A stretch of 64,000 nucleotides of DNA from an uncultured Parcubacteria group bacterium (GTDB lineage: Bacteria; Patescibacteriota; Patescibacteriia; UBA9934; CAMTUG01). A program made the position numbers and the translations under genes. Of this stretch, positions 18,314 through 28,684 are shown piece after piece. Position 1 is the first letter of the stretch. Each line of letters opens with the position of its first letter. The stretch is from the NCBI GenBank assembly GCA_947084965.1, contig CAMTUG010000001.1, forward strand, positions 345,293 through 409,292. The letters run 5' to 3'. Below the pieces are notes generated by a model that saw nothing but the letters and a program-made list of their open reading frames with translations, was not told the origin of the DNA and made no database searches.

Positions 18314-20044
18314 ATGTCCAACACCCCCAACTACGACGCCAAAGTCAGAGCGATTCTCGACGGGCTTACACCCGGCGAGCGTGTTTGTTCGCTCACAGGC
18401 GAGAAGTGGATGATGACCGAGGAAGAGATCGGTTGGTATAAAAAGTTTAATGTGCCACCGAGCACAGTTGCGCCGATGAATCGGGTTAAGCTGACCACTC
18501 TTTTTGGTACGGGATTTGGCTGGTGGTGGAATAAGCACGCCAAAACAGGGAAGCCGTTGTTGTCGTATGTGCATCCGGCCAACGGAATCAAAGTTCTGCC
18601 TGATCCAGAGTTTTTTGAACAGGACAATACGGACAAAGCGCGTGAGTACGACACAGAACAGAGTTTTTTTGATCAGATTCGTGCCCTTCAGCTTGAAGTT
18701 CCCTTTACGGCTTGGCGTTCGTTGACTGTGCCGGTCAATTCGATCGCTCTTTTGTCGCAAGGGGACGAGAACAGCTATTTCGTCACCGCCTGTAAATCCA
18801 AAAATTCATTCTACGCCTATTCGGTTGATGACATGGAAAACTCGGCCGAAGCGTTCGAATCCAAGTTTGTTGTTAATTCCTACAACGTTCTTAACTCGCA
18901 GCGCATTCATAACTGTAAGTTTGTGCGTCAGTCGTATGACTGCATGAACTGTAGTTTTGTTTTTGACTGTCGTAACTGCGAGTTTGTCTTTGGTGGCTCA
19001 AACCTGCGCAACAGAAAGTACGTATTTTTCAACGAGCAGTTGAGCAAAGAGGGCTGGGAAGCGCGCGTTGCCGCAATCGACCTCGGCAGCCGTCAGGTTC
19101 TCGAGGAATATATCGCCAAGTTCCAAGATCTGGTGGGACATAAAGCGGTCTGGCCAGAGAACTTCAATGAACAAGTCGAGGATTGCATCGGTGAATACTT
19201 GAATAAGTGCCGACAGTGTAAGTATCTGCTGGCAGGACATGGATCAGCCAATAACTACTACGGCGCGGTCTTTATCGACAACAGCGAAAATAATGCCTTC
19301 GTCGGCGGGGCGATTGGAAGCTTCGACAACATCTATTGTCATGCTCCGCTCAAGTCACGTGGTTGTAAGTACGTGCATTCAACGTACGAATCACAGAACA
19401 TGGAATACTGTATGCAGTGCTACAACTGTGAAAATTGTTTTGGGTGTGTTGGTCTGATCCGCAAGTCGTTCTGCATCTTCAATAAACAGTACACGCCAGA
19501 AGAGTATTGGAAGCGCGTCGATGAGTTAAAATGTGCCATGCTTGATCGCGGAGAGTACGGAGAATTCTTCCCAGCGAAGTTCTCCCCGAGCTACTGGGCC
19601 GTTTCTGTCGGGTTGCTCTATCAGATCGAAGATCCTGAAGCGATTAAGCTCGGAGCGCTCATGCTTGATCCGGAATCGGCCGGCGCGCTTGGGGAATTGC
19701 CGGTCGGGGCGGTGATGCGTTCATCTGATGATCTGCCAGATAACATCAAAGAGGTTGGTGAGGACTGGGGTGGTCAACCGATGATGGATCCGGTTGAAAA
19801 GCGTCGTTACGCCCTGTTAAAGCCCGAGATCGCCCTCTACAAGCAGTTAGGGGTCGCTGTGCGCGCTATGCACCCAATGAAGCGTCTTCGATCGATGGTT
19901 TTTGAAGCCAACTCGGGGAACTTCATCGACTCAACCTGCGCCAAGTGTGGCAAAGCAGTGACGGTAGCAACCAATAAAACATATCCCGACCGCGTCATCT
20001 ACTGCCGCGAGGATTACCTCAAATTCATCGAACAAAACGGCTAG
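18314..20044 (+). CDS. Cys-rich array protein, copy 2
   Basis: Same family motifs; TAA-T-ATG junction. Confidence 0.9.
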   Translation: MSNTPNYDAKVRAILDGLTPGERVCSLTGEKWMMTEEEIGWYKKFNVPPSTVAPMNRVKLTTLFGTGFGWWWNKHAKTGKPLLSYVHPANGIKVLPDPEFFEQDNTDKAREYDTEQSFFDQIRALQLEVPFTAWRSLTVPVNSIALLSQGDENSYFVTACKSKNSFYAYSVDDMENSAEAFESKFVVNSYNVLNSQRIHNCKFVRQSYDCMNCSFVFDCRNCEFVFGGSNLRNRKYVFFNEQLSKEGWEARVAAIDLGSRQVLEEYIAKFQDLVGHKAVWPENFNEQVEDCIGEYLNKCRQCKYLLAGHGSANNYYGAVFIDNSENNAFVGGAIGSFDNIYCHAPLKSRGCKYVHSTYESQNMEYCMQCYNCENCFGCVGLIRKSFCIFNKQYTPEEYWKRVDELKCAMLDRGEYGEFFPAKFSPSYWAVSVGLLYQIEDPEAIKLGALMLDPESAGALGELPVGAVMRSSDDLPDNIKEVGEDWGGQPMMDPVEKRRYALLKPEIALYKQLGVAVRAMHPMKRLRSMVFEANSGNFIDSTCAKCGKAVTVATNKTYPDRVIYCREDYLKFIEQNG

Positions 20045-20045
20045 T

Positions 20046-21785
20046 ATGAGTAACACCCCCAACTACGACGCCAAAGTCAAAGCGATTATCGACGGCATTC
20101 AGCCGGGCGCACGGGTGTGTTCGGTGCTCGGAGAGAAGTGGGAGATGACGGAGAAGGAGATCGATCTCTACCGTCGATTCAATATGCCGCCGCGGACGGT
20201 CGCAACGAACACACTGTGGAAACAGATGGCGTATTACGATGCCGGCTATCAGTTTTGGTGGAACAAGCATCCGGACACAGGAAAGCCTGTGCTTTCGTTT
20301 CATCATCCCGCTTCAGGTGTAAAAGTGCTTCCAGATGCAGAGTGGCACGCGCGAGACTTTAGCACGATCAACATCGATATCGATCCTTCGAAGCCATTCT
20401 TCGAGCAACTGCGTTCGTTGCAAGTTCAGGTTCCACTGCTTGCTACATTTAGCCGCGTCGAACCAGAAAACTCCATCACCTTGTTTTCGTTTGGTGATCG
20501 TAACAGTTACTTCACCTTTGCCTGTACGTCGGAGCGTACCTTTTTTGCTACCGGCGGATTTGAAGCGCAAGGGTCATCGCTGCTGTTCACCACGAATCAA
20601 ACGACGGACTGTCACCATGTTTTTAAATCTCAACGCATCTTCAAATGTCGTTATGTGCGTGAATCGCTTGACTGCATCGACAGCGCGTTCCTGTTCGATT
20701 GTCGTAACTGTCAGAACTGCTTCGGGGCGAGCAACAAGCGCAATCGGCAGTATGTCTTCATGAATGAGCAGTTGACGAAGGAAGAATACGAACAGCGCAT
20801 GAGTCAGATTGATTTAAGCAAGCGCAGTGAAGTGGAAACGTGGTCAAAGGCGTTTGATGAACTCTTAGCACGTGATGGTGTCTGGCCGGAAAACTTTAAT
20901 GTCAATTGTCAGGATTCGACCGGTGAATATCTCACGGGCGCGGTACGCTGTGATACTTGCTATGACTCGGCGGATGCGCCGAGCGATCAGTATCACACCT
21001 GTTGGAGTTATGGGGTCAATAACAATAATGCCTTCATGTGGGGCTCGGTCGATAGCACGGACGGGTACATGGTTTGTTCCTGTCCAAACTCAAACCAGAC
21101 GAAGTTTTCGTATCGCTCGTTCCGGTTAGATAACTGCGAGTACTGTTTCATGTGTGCGGACTTGCGCGATTGTTTCGGTTGCATCGGCTTAAAGAAAAAA
21201 CGGTTTTGTATTTTTAACAAGCAATACGAAGAGGAGGAGTATTGGCGTCTGGTCGACGAAATAAAATGTGCCATGCTCGAACGCGGGGAATATGGTCAGT
21301 ATTTTCCAACTTCGATGGCGACGACGTTCGTGCCGGAAGGCGGAGCAGTTGTGTACTGCGGGGCGACGCCAGAAGAGTTGCAAAAGCTCGGCGGGCAAAC
21401 GTTCGGGGCGGAAGACATGGATGCTACGGGTACGGGCCGGATCGACCCATCAAAAGCGCGTCGCCGTGAGGACATTCCAGATGCGATCGATGACCTTGGC
21501 GACGAATGGATCGGTGTACCGATCTACGATGAGGTGTCTGGACGGACGTTCGCCTTTTTAAAGCCAGAGGTCGAACATTATCGCCGCTTACGCATCGCTC
21601 CTCCGAATACGCACTTCATTCGTCGTATGCATGAGGTATCAAGTGCGGGACAGCGTGCCTGTTTGCAAAACGCTTCCTGTGCGCAGTGCAGCGCTACATT
21701 TATCGTAGCCAAGAATTTCCGCTATCCGGACCGCCGCATCTACTGCAAGGCGTGCTACACTGCCTTCATTGAAAAGAACGGCTAG
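20046..21785 (+). CDS. Cys-rich array protein, copy 3
   Basis: Same family motifs; TAG-T-ATG junction. Confidence 0.9.
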   Translation: MSNTPNYDAKVKAIIDGIQPGARVCSVLGEKWEMTEKEIDLYRRFNMPPRTVATNTLWKQMAYYDAGYQFWWNKHPDTGKPVLSFHHPASGVKVLPDAEWHARDFSTINIDIDPSKPFFEQLRSLQVQVPLLATFSRVEPENSITLFSFGDRNSYFTFACTSERTFFATGGFEAQGSSLLFTTNQTTDCHHVFKSQRIFKCRYVRESLDCIDSAFLFDCRNCQNCFGASNKRNRQYVFMNEQLTKEEYEQRMSQIDLSKRSEVETWSKAFDELLARDGVWPENFNVNCQDSTGEYLTGAVRCDTCYDSADAPSDQYHTCWSYGVNNNNAFMWGSVDSTDGYMVCSCPNSNQTKFSYRSFRLDNCEYCFMCADLRDCFGCIGLKKKRFCIFNKQYEEEEYWRLVDEIKCAMLERGEYGQYFPTSMATTFVPEGGAVVYCGATPEELQKLGGQTFGAEDMDATGTGRIDPSKARRREDIPDAIDDLGDEWIGVPIYDEVSGRTFAFLKPEVEHYRRLRIAPPNTHFIRRMHEVSSAGQRACLQNASCAQCSATFIVAKNFRYPDRRIYCKACYTAFIEKNG

Positions 21786-21786
21786 T

Positions 21787-23514
21787 ATGTCCAAAACTCC
21801 TCAGTACGAAGCAAGAGTAAAGGCAATTCTCGGCGGGCTCACGCCTGGCGAGCGGGTCTGTGCGATGACAGGGGAGAAGTGGATGATGGATGATGAGGAG
21901 ATCAGCTGGTATCGCAAATTTAACGTCCCACCGTCGCCGTTTTCGCCAAAGGCGCGTTTGTGGCACTTGGCTGCGAACGGCTGGAGCGCCTACCAGTGGT
22001 GGTGGAATAAGCATCCAGAAACTGGAGCGCCGGTGTTGTCCTATGTGCATCCAGCAAGTGGAATTAAGGTTTTGCCAGACAAGGAATGGTTTGCCAAAGA
22101 TTTCTCGAACGTGTTTTTAGAGCCAGCCGTGGAGCAGCCGTTTTTCGAACAATTCCGCACGCTTCAGGTACAGATTCCGGTCAACGCCACGCGCAATGTA
22201 AAGGAGCCTGAAAATTCAATCGCTACGGTCTCCGCGGGGGATGTAAATAGTTTTTTCGTCCAGGCTTCGCGCACCCGCGACTGCGTGTATACGATCGATT
22301 GCATGGATGCAGAAAATTGTGTGGAATGCAGTGGTTGTGAATCCATTCAGGAGTGTTATCGCGTCGGTCACTCTCAGCGGATGTTTCGTTGTGGATTTGC
22401 GAATGAGTGCATCGACTGTCAATCTTCGTCATTCATTTTTGATTGTCGCAATTGTGAGTTCTGCTTCGGCGCTTGCAATCAACGCAACAAAAAGTACTTG
22501 TGGTGGAATGAACAGTTGACCAAGGAAGAATGGGAAAAGCGCATCGCTGAGATTACACCGGGGAATCGTGGTTGGCTCGAGGCGCAGAAGGAACGCTATC
22601 TCAAGATGGTCGGATCAGAGGCGGTTTGGCCAGAGCATTTCAATTCGCAGAGCGAAGGTTCAATTGGCGAGTATTTGTTGCGTTGTGCTAATTGTCGTTA
22701 TAGCTTCTTTGGTCTTGATTCGCAGGATAATTACTACGCCTTCGGATTTTATAATGCGCGGAACAGCACGTTCTGTACTTCGATCGTCGGTGACAATAAT
22801 TATCAGTCGGGTACAAACGGCGAGTCTTCAAATACCAAGTTCTCGAATTCGCTCGTACGCTGTGATGACCTCGAGTACTCGTTCAATTGCTATGACTGCA
22901 CGCACTGTTTCGGCTGTGTCGGTTTGCGCCACAAAAAGTTTTGTATTTTGAACAAGCAATATACTGAAGCGGAGTACTGGAAAAAGGTGGATGAAATGAA
23001 GTGCGCCATGCTCGAACGAGGGGAGTATGGAAAACCAGTTCCTACAAAATATTCATTCTCTTACTTCCCGGAATCGGGCCCAGCGATGTATTTAGCGGCA
23101 AAACAGGAGGACTGGGATGCGGTCGGTATGCAGAAATTTGATGCCTCGGCTGAGGGGGCATTCGGTGCAGTGCGTGAAGGGGCACGTCCCGCCGCAGATG
23201 TGCCGGAGAATATTGATGATCTGGATCCTGCTGTTTGGTCAGGTGTGCCGATCGAGGACGCCGAAGAACATCGCCCGTTTACGCTTCTCGCCCCGGAAAT
23301 CGCTTTTTACAAAGAAAAGCGGATCGCCCCGCCCCGCACCCATTTTATCTCGCGAATGCGTGAGTTGATCTGGATGCAGAATACCGGCTTGTTTGAAAAG
23401 GCTACCTGTTCGGCCTGTAAGAAAGAGTTAACCGTCGCAGTGAATCGTACTTTCACAAAACGGAATCTTCACTGCTACGAATGCTACCTGAAGTATCTTT
23501 CACAAAGGGGATAG
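21787..23514 (+). CDS. Cys-rich array protein, copy 4
   Basis: MSKTPQYEARV start at 21787; same motifs. Confidence 0.9.
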   Translation: MSKTPQYEARVKAILGGLTPGERVCAMTGEKWMMDDEEISWYRKFNVPPSPFSPKARLWHLAANGWSAYQWWWNKHPETGAPVLSYVHPASGIKVLPDKEWFAKDFSNVFLEPAVEQPFFEQFRTLQVQIPVNATRNVKEPENSIATVSAGDVNSFFVQASRTRDCVYTIDCMDAENCVECSGCESIQECYRVGHSQRMFRCGFANECIDCQSSSFIFDCRNCEFCFGACNQRNKKYLWWNEQLTKEEWEKRIAEITPGNRGWLEAQKERYLKMVGSEAVWPEHFNSQSEGSIGEYLLRCANCRYSFFGLDSQDNYYAFGFYNARNSTFCTSIVGDNNYQSGTNGESSNTKFSNSLVRCDDLEYSFNCYDCTHCFGCVGLRHKKFCILNKQYTEAEYWKKVDEMKCAMLERGEYGKPVPTKYSFSYFPESGPAMYLAAKQEDWDAVGMQKFDASAEGAFGAVREGARPAADVPENIDDLDPAVWSGVPIEDAEEHRPFTLLAPEIAFYKEKRIAPPRTHFISRMRELIWMQNTGLFEKATCSACKKELTVAVNRTFTKRNLHCYECYLKYLSQRG

Positions 23515-23515
23515 T

Positions 23516-25249
23516 ATGTCACAGACACCAAACTTTGACGCGAAGATGAAGCAGATTCTCGAGGCCACACAACCGGGTGAGCGAGTTTGTGCACTGACAG
23601 GTCGTGCATGGAAAATGGATGAGGAAGAACTTGCTTGGTATCGGAGATTTAATGTGCCACCATCCAATCGGGAACCATTGGCCCGTACACAGCTGCGAGC
23701 AAGTTTTTGGACAGGGTATCAGTGGTGGAATCATAAGCATCCGATAACTGGCAAGACCCTTATTAGCAATATTCATCCGGCGACAGGAATTAAAGTTATT
23801 CCAGACAAGGAATGGCACGCGCAAGACTTTTCTGAAATCAACAGTGATTACAGCGTAGACCAGCCATTTTTCGATCAGCTTCGAGCGTTACAACTTCGAG
23901 TTCCGCATCCGGCCAGCAGAAATGTCGTTGAGCCAGAAAACTCTATCGCCACAATTTCAATGGGGGATCGTAACAGTTACTTCACCCTCGGTTGCACCTC
24001 CGAAAACTCTCTCTACAGTATTTGGGCAGCAAACTTGAGTAATTCTTCCGAGGTGAATTTTGCCGGGGTCATTAGTGATAGTTACAGCGTTAACAATGCC
24101 AAGAACGTCCATGGCTCACTTTTTGTACGTGAGAGTAAAGACGTTATCAAGTCCGCGTTTGTTTTTCTTTGTGATGACGTTGAATATTGTTTTGGTGCCA
24201 CGAATCAATCACACAAAAAGTTTATCTTCTTTAATAAGCAACTGACAGAAGATGAGTTTAAGGCAGAGATCACCAAGATTGATCTCTCCCGACGCGATCA
24301 ACTTCAAATGTACATAGGTCGTTTTCGCGATCTCGTGGGTAACCAAACGATCTGGCCAGAAACCTTGAGTAACCGTAACGTAAACGTGACAGGTGAGTAC
24401 AACTACGACTGCCGAGATCTGCAGAATTGTTACGGGTGTGTTGATAACTGTGCAAATTTGTTTTGGTGTAATTACGGAGTCGACGGTACGGACAGTGCTT
24501 TTTCTACACCTGTTCGCTCAACGGCGTGTTACGAAGGAGATAATACGTATAATTCGCACGACGTAAAGTTTTCGTATGCGACGTACCGTTGTCGGTCGAT
24601 GGAGTATTGCTTGATGAACTACGACTGCGAAGATTGTTTCGGGTGCGTCGGATTGCGCCACAAAAAGTTTCACATCTTTAACAAGCCTTATGAGGAAGCA
24701 GAGTATTGGAGGCGTGTCGACGAACTAAAGTGTGCGATGCTTGATCGTGGGGAGTATGGAAACTTCTTTCCGCTTTCTATGTCGACGGCCTACTTCGGGG
24801 AATCAGGTGGAGTGATGTATTACGACGCGGACCCTTCGTTAAACAAAACCTTTGGTGGATTGGAGTACGATCCAGAGTCTGCCGGGGCCATTGGGGACTT
24901 GGCCATGGCATCAGTCGTCAAAAAAACAACGGATATCCCAAACAGTATCGCTGATGTACAGGACGCGGATTGGGTTGGTGTACCTGTGATGGACGTTGTT
25001 CATAATCGACGTTTTGCTTTTTTGAAGCCGGAAATGGATTTTTATCGTCGAAAAAAGTTGGCACCACCTGCAGAACATTTCGTGTATCGCATCAAAAAGT
25101 TATCGTGGGAAGGCAACTTGGGTATTTTGGAAGAGCGGTCCTGTGCGAAGTGCGGAAAGAAGATACAGGTTGCTAAAAACCTCACATATCCAAATCGTCA
25201 GGTGTATTGCATGGACGATTACCTTCAATATCTTGAAGAAGCAACTTAG
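23516..25249 (+). CDS. Cys-rich array protein, copy 5
   Basis: MSQTPNFDAK; same motifs; visibly more AT-rich codons. Confidence 0.9.
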   Translation: MSQTPNFDAKMKQILEATQPGERVCALTGRAWKMDEEELAWYRRFNVPPSNREPLARTQLRASFWTGYQWWNHKHPITGKTLISNIHPATGIKVIPDKEWHAQDFSEINSDYSVDQPFFDQLRALQLRVPHPASRNVVEPENSIATISMGDRNSYFTLGCTSENSLYSIWAANLSNSSEVNFAGVISDSYSVNNAKNVHGSLFVRESKDVIKSAFVFLCDDVEYCFGATNQSHKKFIFFNKQLTEDEFKAEITKIDLSRRDQLQMYIGRFRDLVGNQTIWPETLSNRNVNVTGEYNYDCRDLQNCYGCVDNCANLFWCNYGVDGTDSAFSTPVRSTACYEGDNTYNSHDVKFSYATYRCRSMEYCLMNYDCEDCFGCVGLRHKKFHIFNKPYEEAEYWRRVDELKCAMLDRGEYGNFFPLSMSTAYFGESGGVMYYDADPSLNKTFGGLEYDPESAGAIGDLAMASVVKKTTDIPNSIADVQDADWVGVPVMDVVHNRRFAFLKPEMDFYRRKKLAPPAEHFVYRIKKLSWEGNLGILEERSCAKCGKKIQVAKNLTYPNRQVYCMDDYLQYLEEAT

Positions 25250-25250
25250 T

Positions 25251-26996
25251 ATGTCGCATACACCAAATTTTGACGCCAAGATCAACGCCATTCTCGATGC
25301 AATCCAAGCAGGCGAGCAAACCTGTGCATTGACTGGAGAGAAATGGATGCTGGATGAACTTGAATTAAACTTTTATCGCAAGTTTAGTTCTCCTCTATCT
25401 GTGTATTCTCCGCAAACGCGCATGAAGCTTCTCGGTGGGTTTCGGACGGGTTTTGAAATTTTTTGGAATAAGCATGCGAAGTCCGGGGAGCCGATCCTTA
25501 GTTATATTCACCCGGATAATCCAATTCCTGTTGTCACCGATGCGGATTGGCACGCCATGGATATCGGCGGCTTGCAGGAGTACCAACGCGAGATCGACCC
25601 TGCCCAACCATTTTTCGAGCAGTTTCGCAGCTTGGCACATGTGGTACCAATGGGCGCGCGCCGCGAATGGAAGAACGTCGTCAATACGGTCGGGGTTGGT
25701 ATGTGGGATATTGAAGATAGTTATCTTGTTTTTTCGACCGTTGGCGTGAAGCGCTGCATGTACACCTTTTACTGTCTTGAAGGATCAGAGGACATCACTC
25801 AGTCCGTGCATATCAATCACTCACAAAACTGCTTTGGATCAACGCAGATTACTCGTTGTCATTCATGTACTGTAGCGGTCATTAGCTTCGATTGCTTGAA
25901 GTGTGATTTCGTTTATGACTGTCGTAACTGTGAGTTTGTCTTTGGGGGAGCGAATTTGCGTAACAAAAAGTACGTCTGGTTCAACGAGCAATTGAGTAAG
26001 GACGAGTGGGAACGTCGTCGCGCGGCGGTCGATCTCTCCTGTCGTTCTGTGTTCAAGGAGTACCAACAGAAGTTCCTTCAACTTGTCGAACAGTCGGCCA
26101 CACCGGAACATTTTAATGTGAACGCGCCGGACTGTACGGGGGATTATCTTACGGACTGTGTGCGCTGCAAGGATTGCTATAGCTCGCAGCGGCTGACGGA
26201 TTGCGCCTATATGCATGGATCGACCGGGGCTGAAGGCAGTGCATTCTGTGTCGGGGCGTACCCAGCGACGCAGTCCTGGATGTGCAGCATGATCTCGAAT
26301 TCCAGCAATCTTAAATACTCCATGACCTGCGGGCGGAGCCAGAATCTCGAGTACTGCTTCAATTGTCATGATTGTGAAAACTGTTTCGGGTGTGACGGTC
26401 TGCGCAATCGTAAGTTTTGCATTGGGAACGTGCAGTACAGCGAGGACGAGTACTGGCGCCGTGTCGATGCGTTGAAGTGCGCCATGCTGGAACGGGGAGA
26501 ATACGGCCAGTTCTTTCCTCAGGATCTTTCGCCGACCGGCATGCAGTTTAGCCATTCGGCTATGTATTATCGGCTTTCAACCGCCGATGTGCAGGCTCTT
26601 GGGGCGCCGCTGTATGATCCGGATCAAGGCGTGGTGCTGGCTCCAAAGAAAACGGTTGAAGAACCTCCAAAAGATGCATCTGCGGCTCCAGACTGTTTGC
26701 GGGACGTTGATCCGGCCGTGTGGGTTAGTAAACCGTTCATGGACGAGCGGGTGCGTCGTCGCTGGAGTGTTGTGCCAAAAGAGTTCGCTTATTACACGGA
26801 TCGTCAGTTGCCATTTCCGGAAGAGCACTATTCTTCTCGGTTGCAAAAACAGATTCAGATGATGAACCAGCCGGCCTTTGAACAACTGCCGTGCGTGGTC
26901 TGTCAAAAGCCAGTGCAGGTCGGGCGCAACCCAGCATTTACAAAGCGTCGCGTGCATTGCATGAGTTGCTACCTGAAGTATTTGGAAGCACACTAG
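25251..26996 (+). CDS. Cys-rich array protein, copy 6
   Basis: MSHTPNFDAK start at 25251; same motifs. Confidence 0.9.
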   Translation: MSHTPNFDAKINAILDAIQAGEQTCALTGEKWMLDELELNFYRKFSSPLSVYSPQTRMKLLGGFRTGFEIFWNKHAKSGEPILSYIHPDNPIPVVTDADWHAMDIGGLQEYQREIDPAQPFFEQFRSLAHVVPMGARREWKNVVNTVGVGMWDIEDSYLVFSTVGVKRCMYTFYCLEGSEDITQSVHINHSQNCFGSTQITRCHSCTVAVISFDCLKCDFVYDCRNCEFVFGGANLRNKKYVWFNEQLSKDEWERRRAAVDLSCRSVFKEYQQKFLQLVEQSATPEHFNVNAPDCTGDYLTDCVRCKDCYSSQRLTDCAYMHGSTGAEGSAFCVGAYPATQSWMCSMISNSSNLKYSMTCGRSQNLEYCFNCHDCENCFGCDGLRNRKFCIGNVQYSEDEYWRRVDALKCAMLERGEYGQFFPQDLSPTGMQFSHSAMYYRLSTADVQALGAPLYDPDQGVVLAPKKTVEEPPKDASAAPDCLRDVDPAVWVSKPFMDERVRRRWSVVPKEFAYYTDRQLPFPEEHYSSRLQKQIQMMNQPAFEQLPCVVCQKPVQVGRNPAFTKRRVHCMSCYLKYLEAH

Positions 26997-26997
26997 T

Positions 26998-28683
26998 ATG
27001 TCGCATACGCCAAACTTTGACGCCAAGATCAACGCTGTCATCGACGCTTTGCCTGCGGGTAAGGACGCGGAGATCTGTCGCAAGTTTCGTGTCCCGCCAA
27101 TTAAAATGGATCCAACCGAGCAGTTGGATCTTCTAACCGGATTTAACACCGGAATGGCTTTTTTTTGGAAGCCGCACATGAAGACCGGTGTGCCACTGCT
27201 TTCGGCAATTCACCCAGATACCCCGATTCCTGTCGTCACCGAAGAGGAGTGGGTGGAGATGGATGCAACGACATTTGGTCAAGAGATTGATCTGGCACAG
27301 CCGGTGTTTGATCAACTCTGGGGATTAGTGACACGTGTCCCGCATAATCCGACGCGTAACTTGAATTGCACACAATCGGTCGCGGTTGGAACGATTAATG
27401 CTAATGATTGTTATTGCGTTTCTGCCTCGTATATTGTGAACCGCTGTTTATATGGATACGCCATGCTCAACGGGGAAGACTGTATCGATTCCGGCAATGG
27501 GATGAACGTCGCCCGTTCGTATCAATCCGGCGGAAGTAACGACATCAGTGATTGCCAGTATGTTTATGAATCAAAAGGGTGTTTGAACTCTTCGTTCTTA
27601 TTTGATTGCTGGAACTGCGAATTTTGTTTCGGAGCCACGAACCAGCGTAACAAACGGTTTCTCTTTTTTAATGAACAGTTAGACGAGGCGGAGTACAAAA
27701 AACGCCTTGCCGAGATTGATCTCTCCGATGCCTCGGTCGCTAACGTGTACATTAAGCGCTTTATGGCCTTATGGAGGGCGGAAGGTGTCTGGCCAGAGGC
27801 GTTTGGCTACGGAAATACCGAGGCGGAAGGGGAACACGTCTTCGGTTGTGTGCGTTGTCAGGAATGTTTCTGGCAGAACATGTCTGTTGACTGTTATCGT
27901 TGTCGTCTGGGTGCGAGCAACAGTGGTTGTGCGTACACATCAGGGGCCGGTTCCCAGCAGGATAGTTACATGACGACCGGAGGTACGTTCGGATCAGGAA
28001 ACAAGTTTTGCGTTGGTGCAACCAAATGCATTGGCTGTGAGTATTGTTTTAATTGTCGTGAGTGCGAGAACTGCTTTGGATGCGTTGGATTACAGCACAA
28101 GAAGTTTTGTATTTTTAACAAACAGTATACGGAGGAAGAATACTGGCGTCGTTTGGATGAACTTAAGTGTCAGATGTTAGAAGCAGAAGAGTACGGGTCG
28201 TTTTTCCCAGCCAAGTTTTCACCGTGTGGATTGCAGTTTTCCGCCGGGGAGATTTATGTTGGATACAGCGCTGAGCGTCTGAAGCAGTACGGGGCGCCGT
28301 ATCTTGATCCAAAACGCGGGCAGGTCTTTGCCCCACATCCGCAGGAGCTACAGCCGATTGAAGCTGACAGCTTACCGCTTCGTTTAGATGATGTTGATTC
28401 ATCGCTGTTCGTGGGAAAAGCTATTCATGATCCAGAATGCGATCGTCTTTTTACGATTCTCCCCTCTGAATTTGAAACGTATAAGGCGAAGCGTTGGCCC
28501 CTACCACGAAGGCACTTTACGACGCGGCTGATTGAGCTCGTCCGTCGCTCTAACTCGCCTATGCCAAAAGATGCTGAATGCGCTGCGTGTCATGTGGCGA
28601 TCACTACCTATCGTAACTTCACCTTTCCAGAACGGACGGTCTATTGTCGTTCATGTTACTTGAAGTTTTTGGAGACGCGCTAA
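26998..28683 (+). CDS. Cys-rich array protein, copy 7 (short N-terminal deletion)
   Basis: MSHTPNFDAK; lacks the ERVCxxTGEKW segment; otherwise same motifs. Confidence 0.9.
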   Translation: MSHTPNFDAKINAVIDALPAGKDAEICRKFRVPPIKMDPTEQLDLLTGFNTGMAFFWKPHMKTGVPLLSAIHPDTPIPVVTEEEWVEMDATTFGQEIDLAQPVFDQLWGLVTRVPHNPTRNLNCTQSVAVGTINANDCYCVSASYIVNRCLYGYAMLNGEDCIDSGNGMNVARSYQSGGSNDISDCQYVYESKGCLNSSFLFDCWNCEFCFGATNQRNKRFLFFNEQLDEAEYKKRLAEIDLSDASVANVYIKRFMALWRAEGVWPEAFGYGNTEAEGEHVFGCVRCQECFWQNMSVDCYRCRLGASNSGCAYTSGAGSQQDSYMTTGGTFGSGNKFCVGATKCIGCEYCFNCRECENCFGCVGLQHKKFCIFNKQYTEEEYWRRLDELKCQMLEAEEYGSFFPAKFSPCGLQFSAGEIYVGYSAERLKQYGAPYLDPKRGQVFAPHPQELQPIEADSLPLRLDDVDSSLFVGKAIHDPECDRLFTILPSEFETYKAKRWPLPRRHFTTRLIELVRRSNSPMPKDAECAACHVAITTYRNFTFPERTVYCRSCYLKFLETR

Positions 28684-28684
28684 T

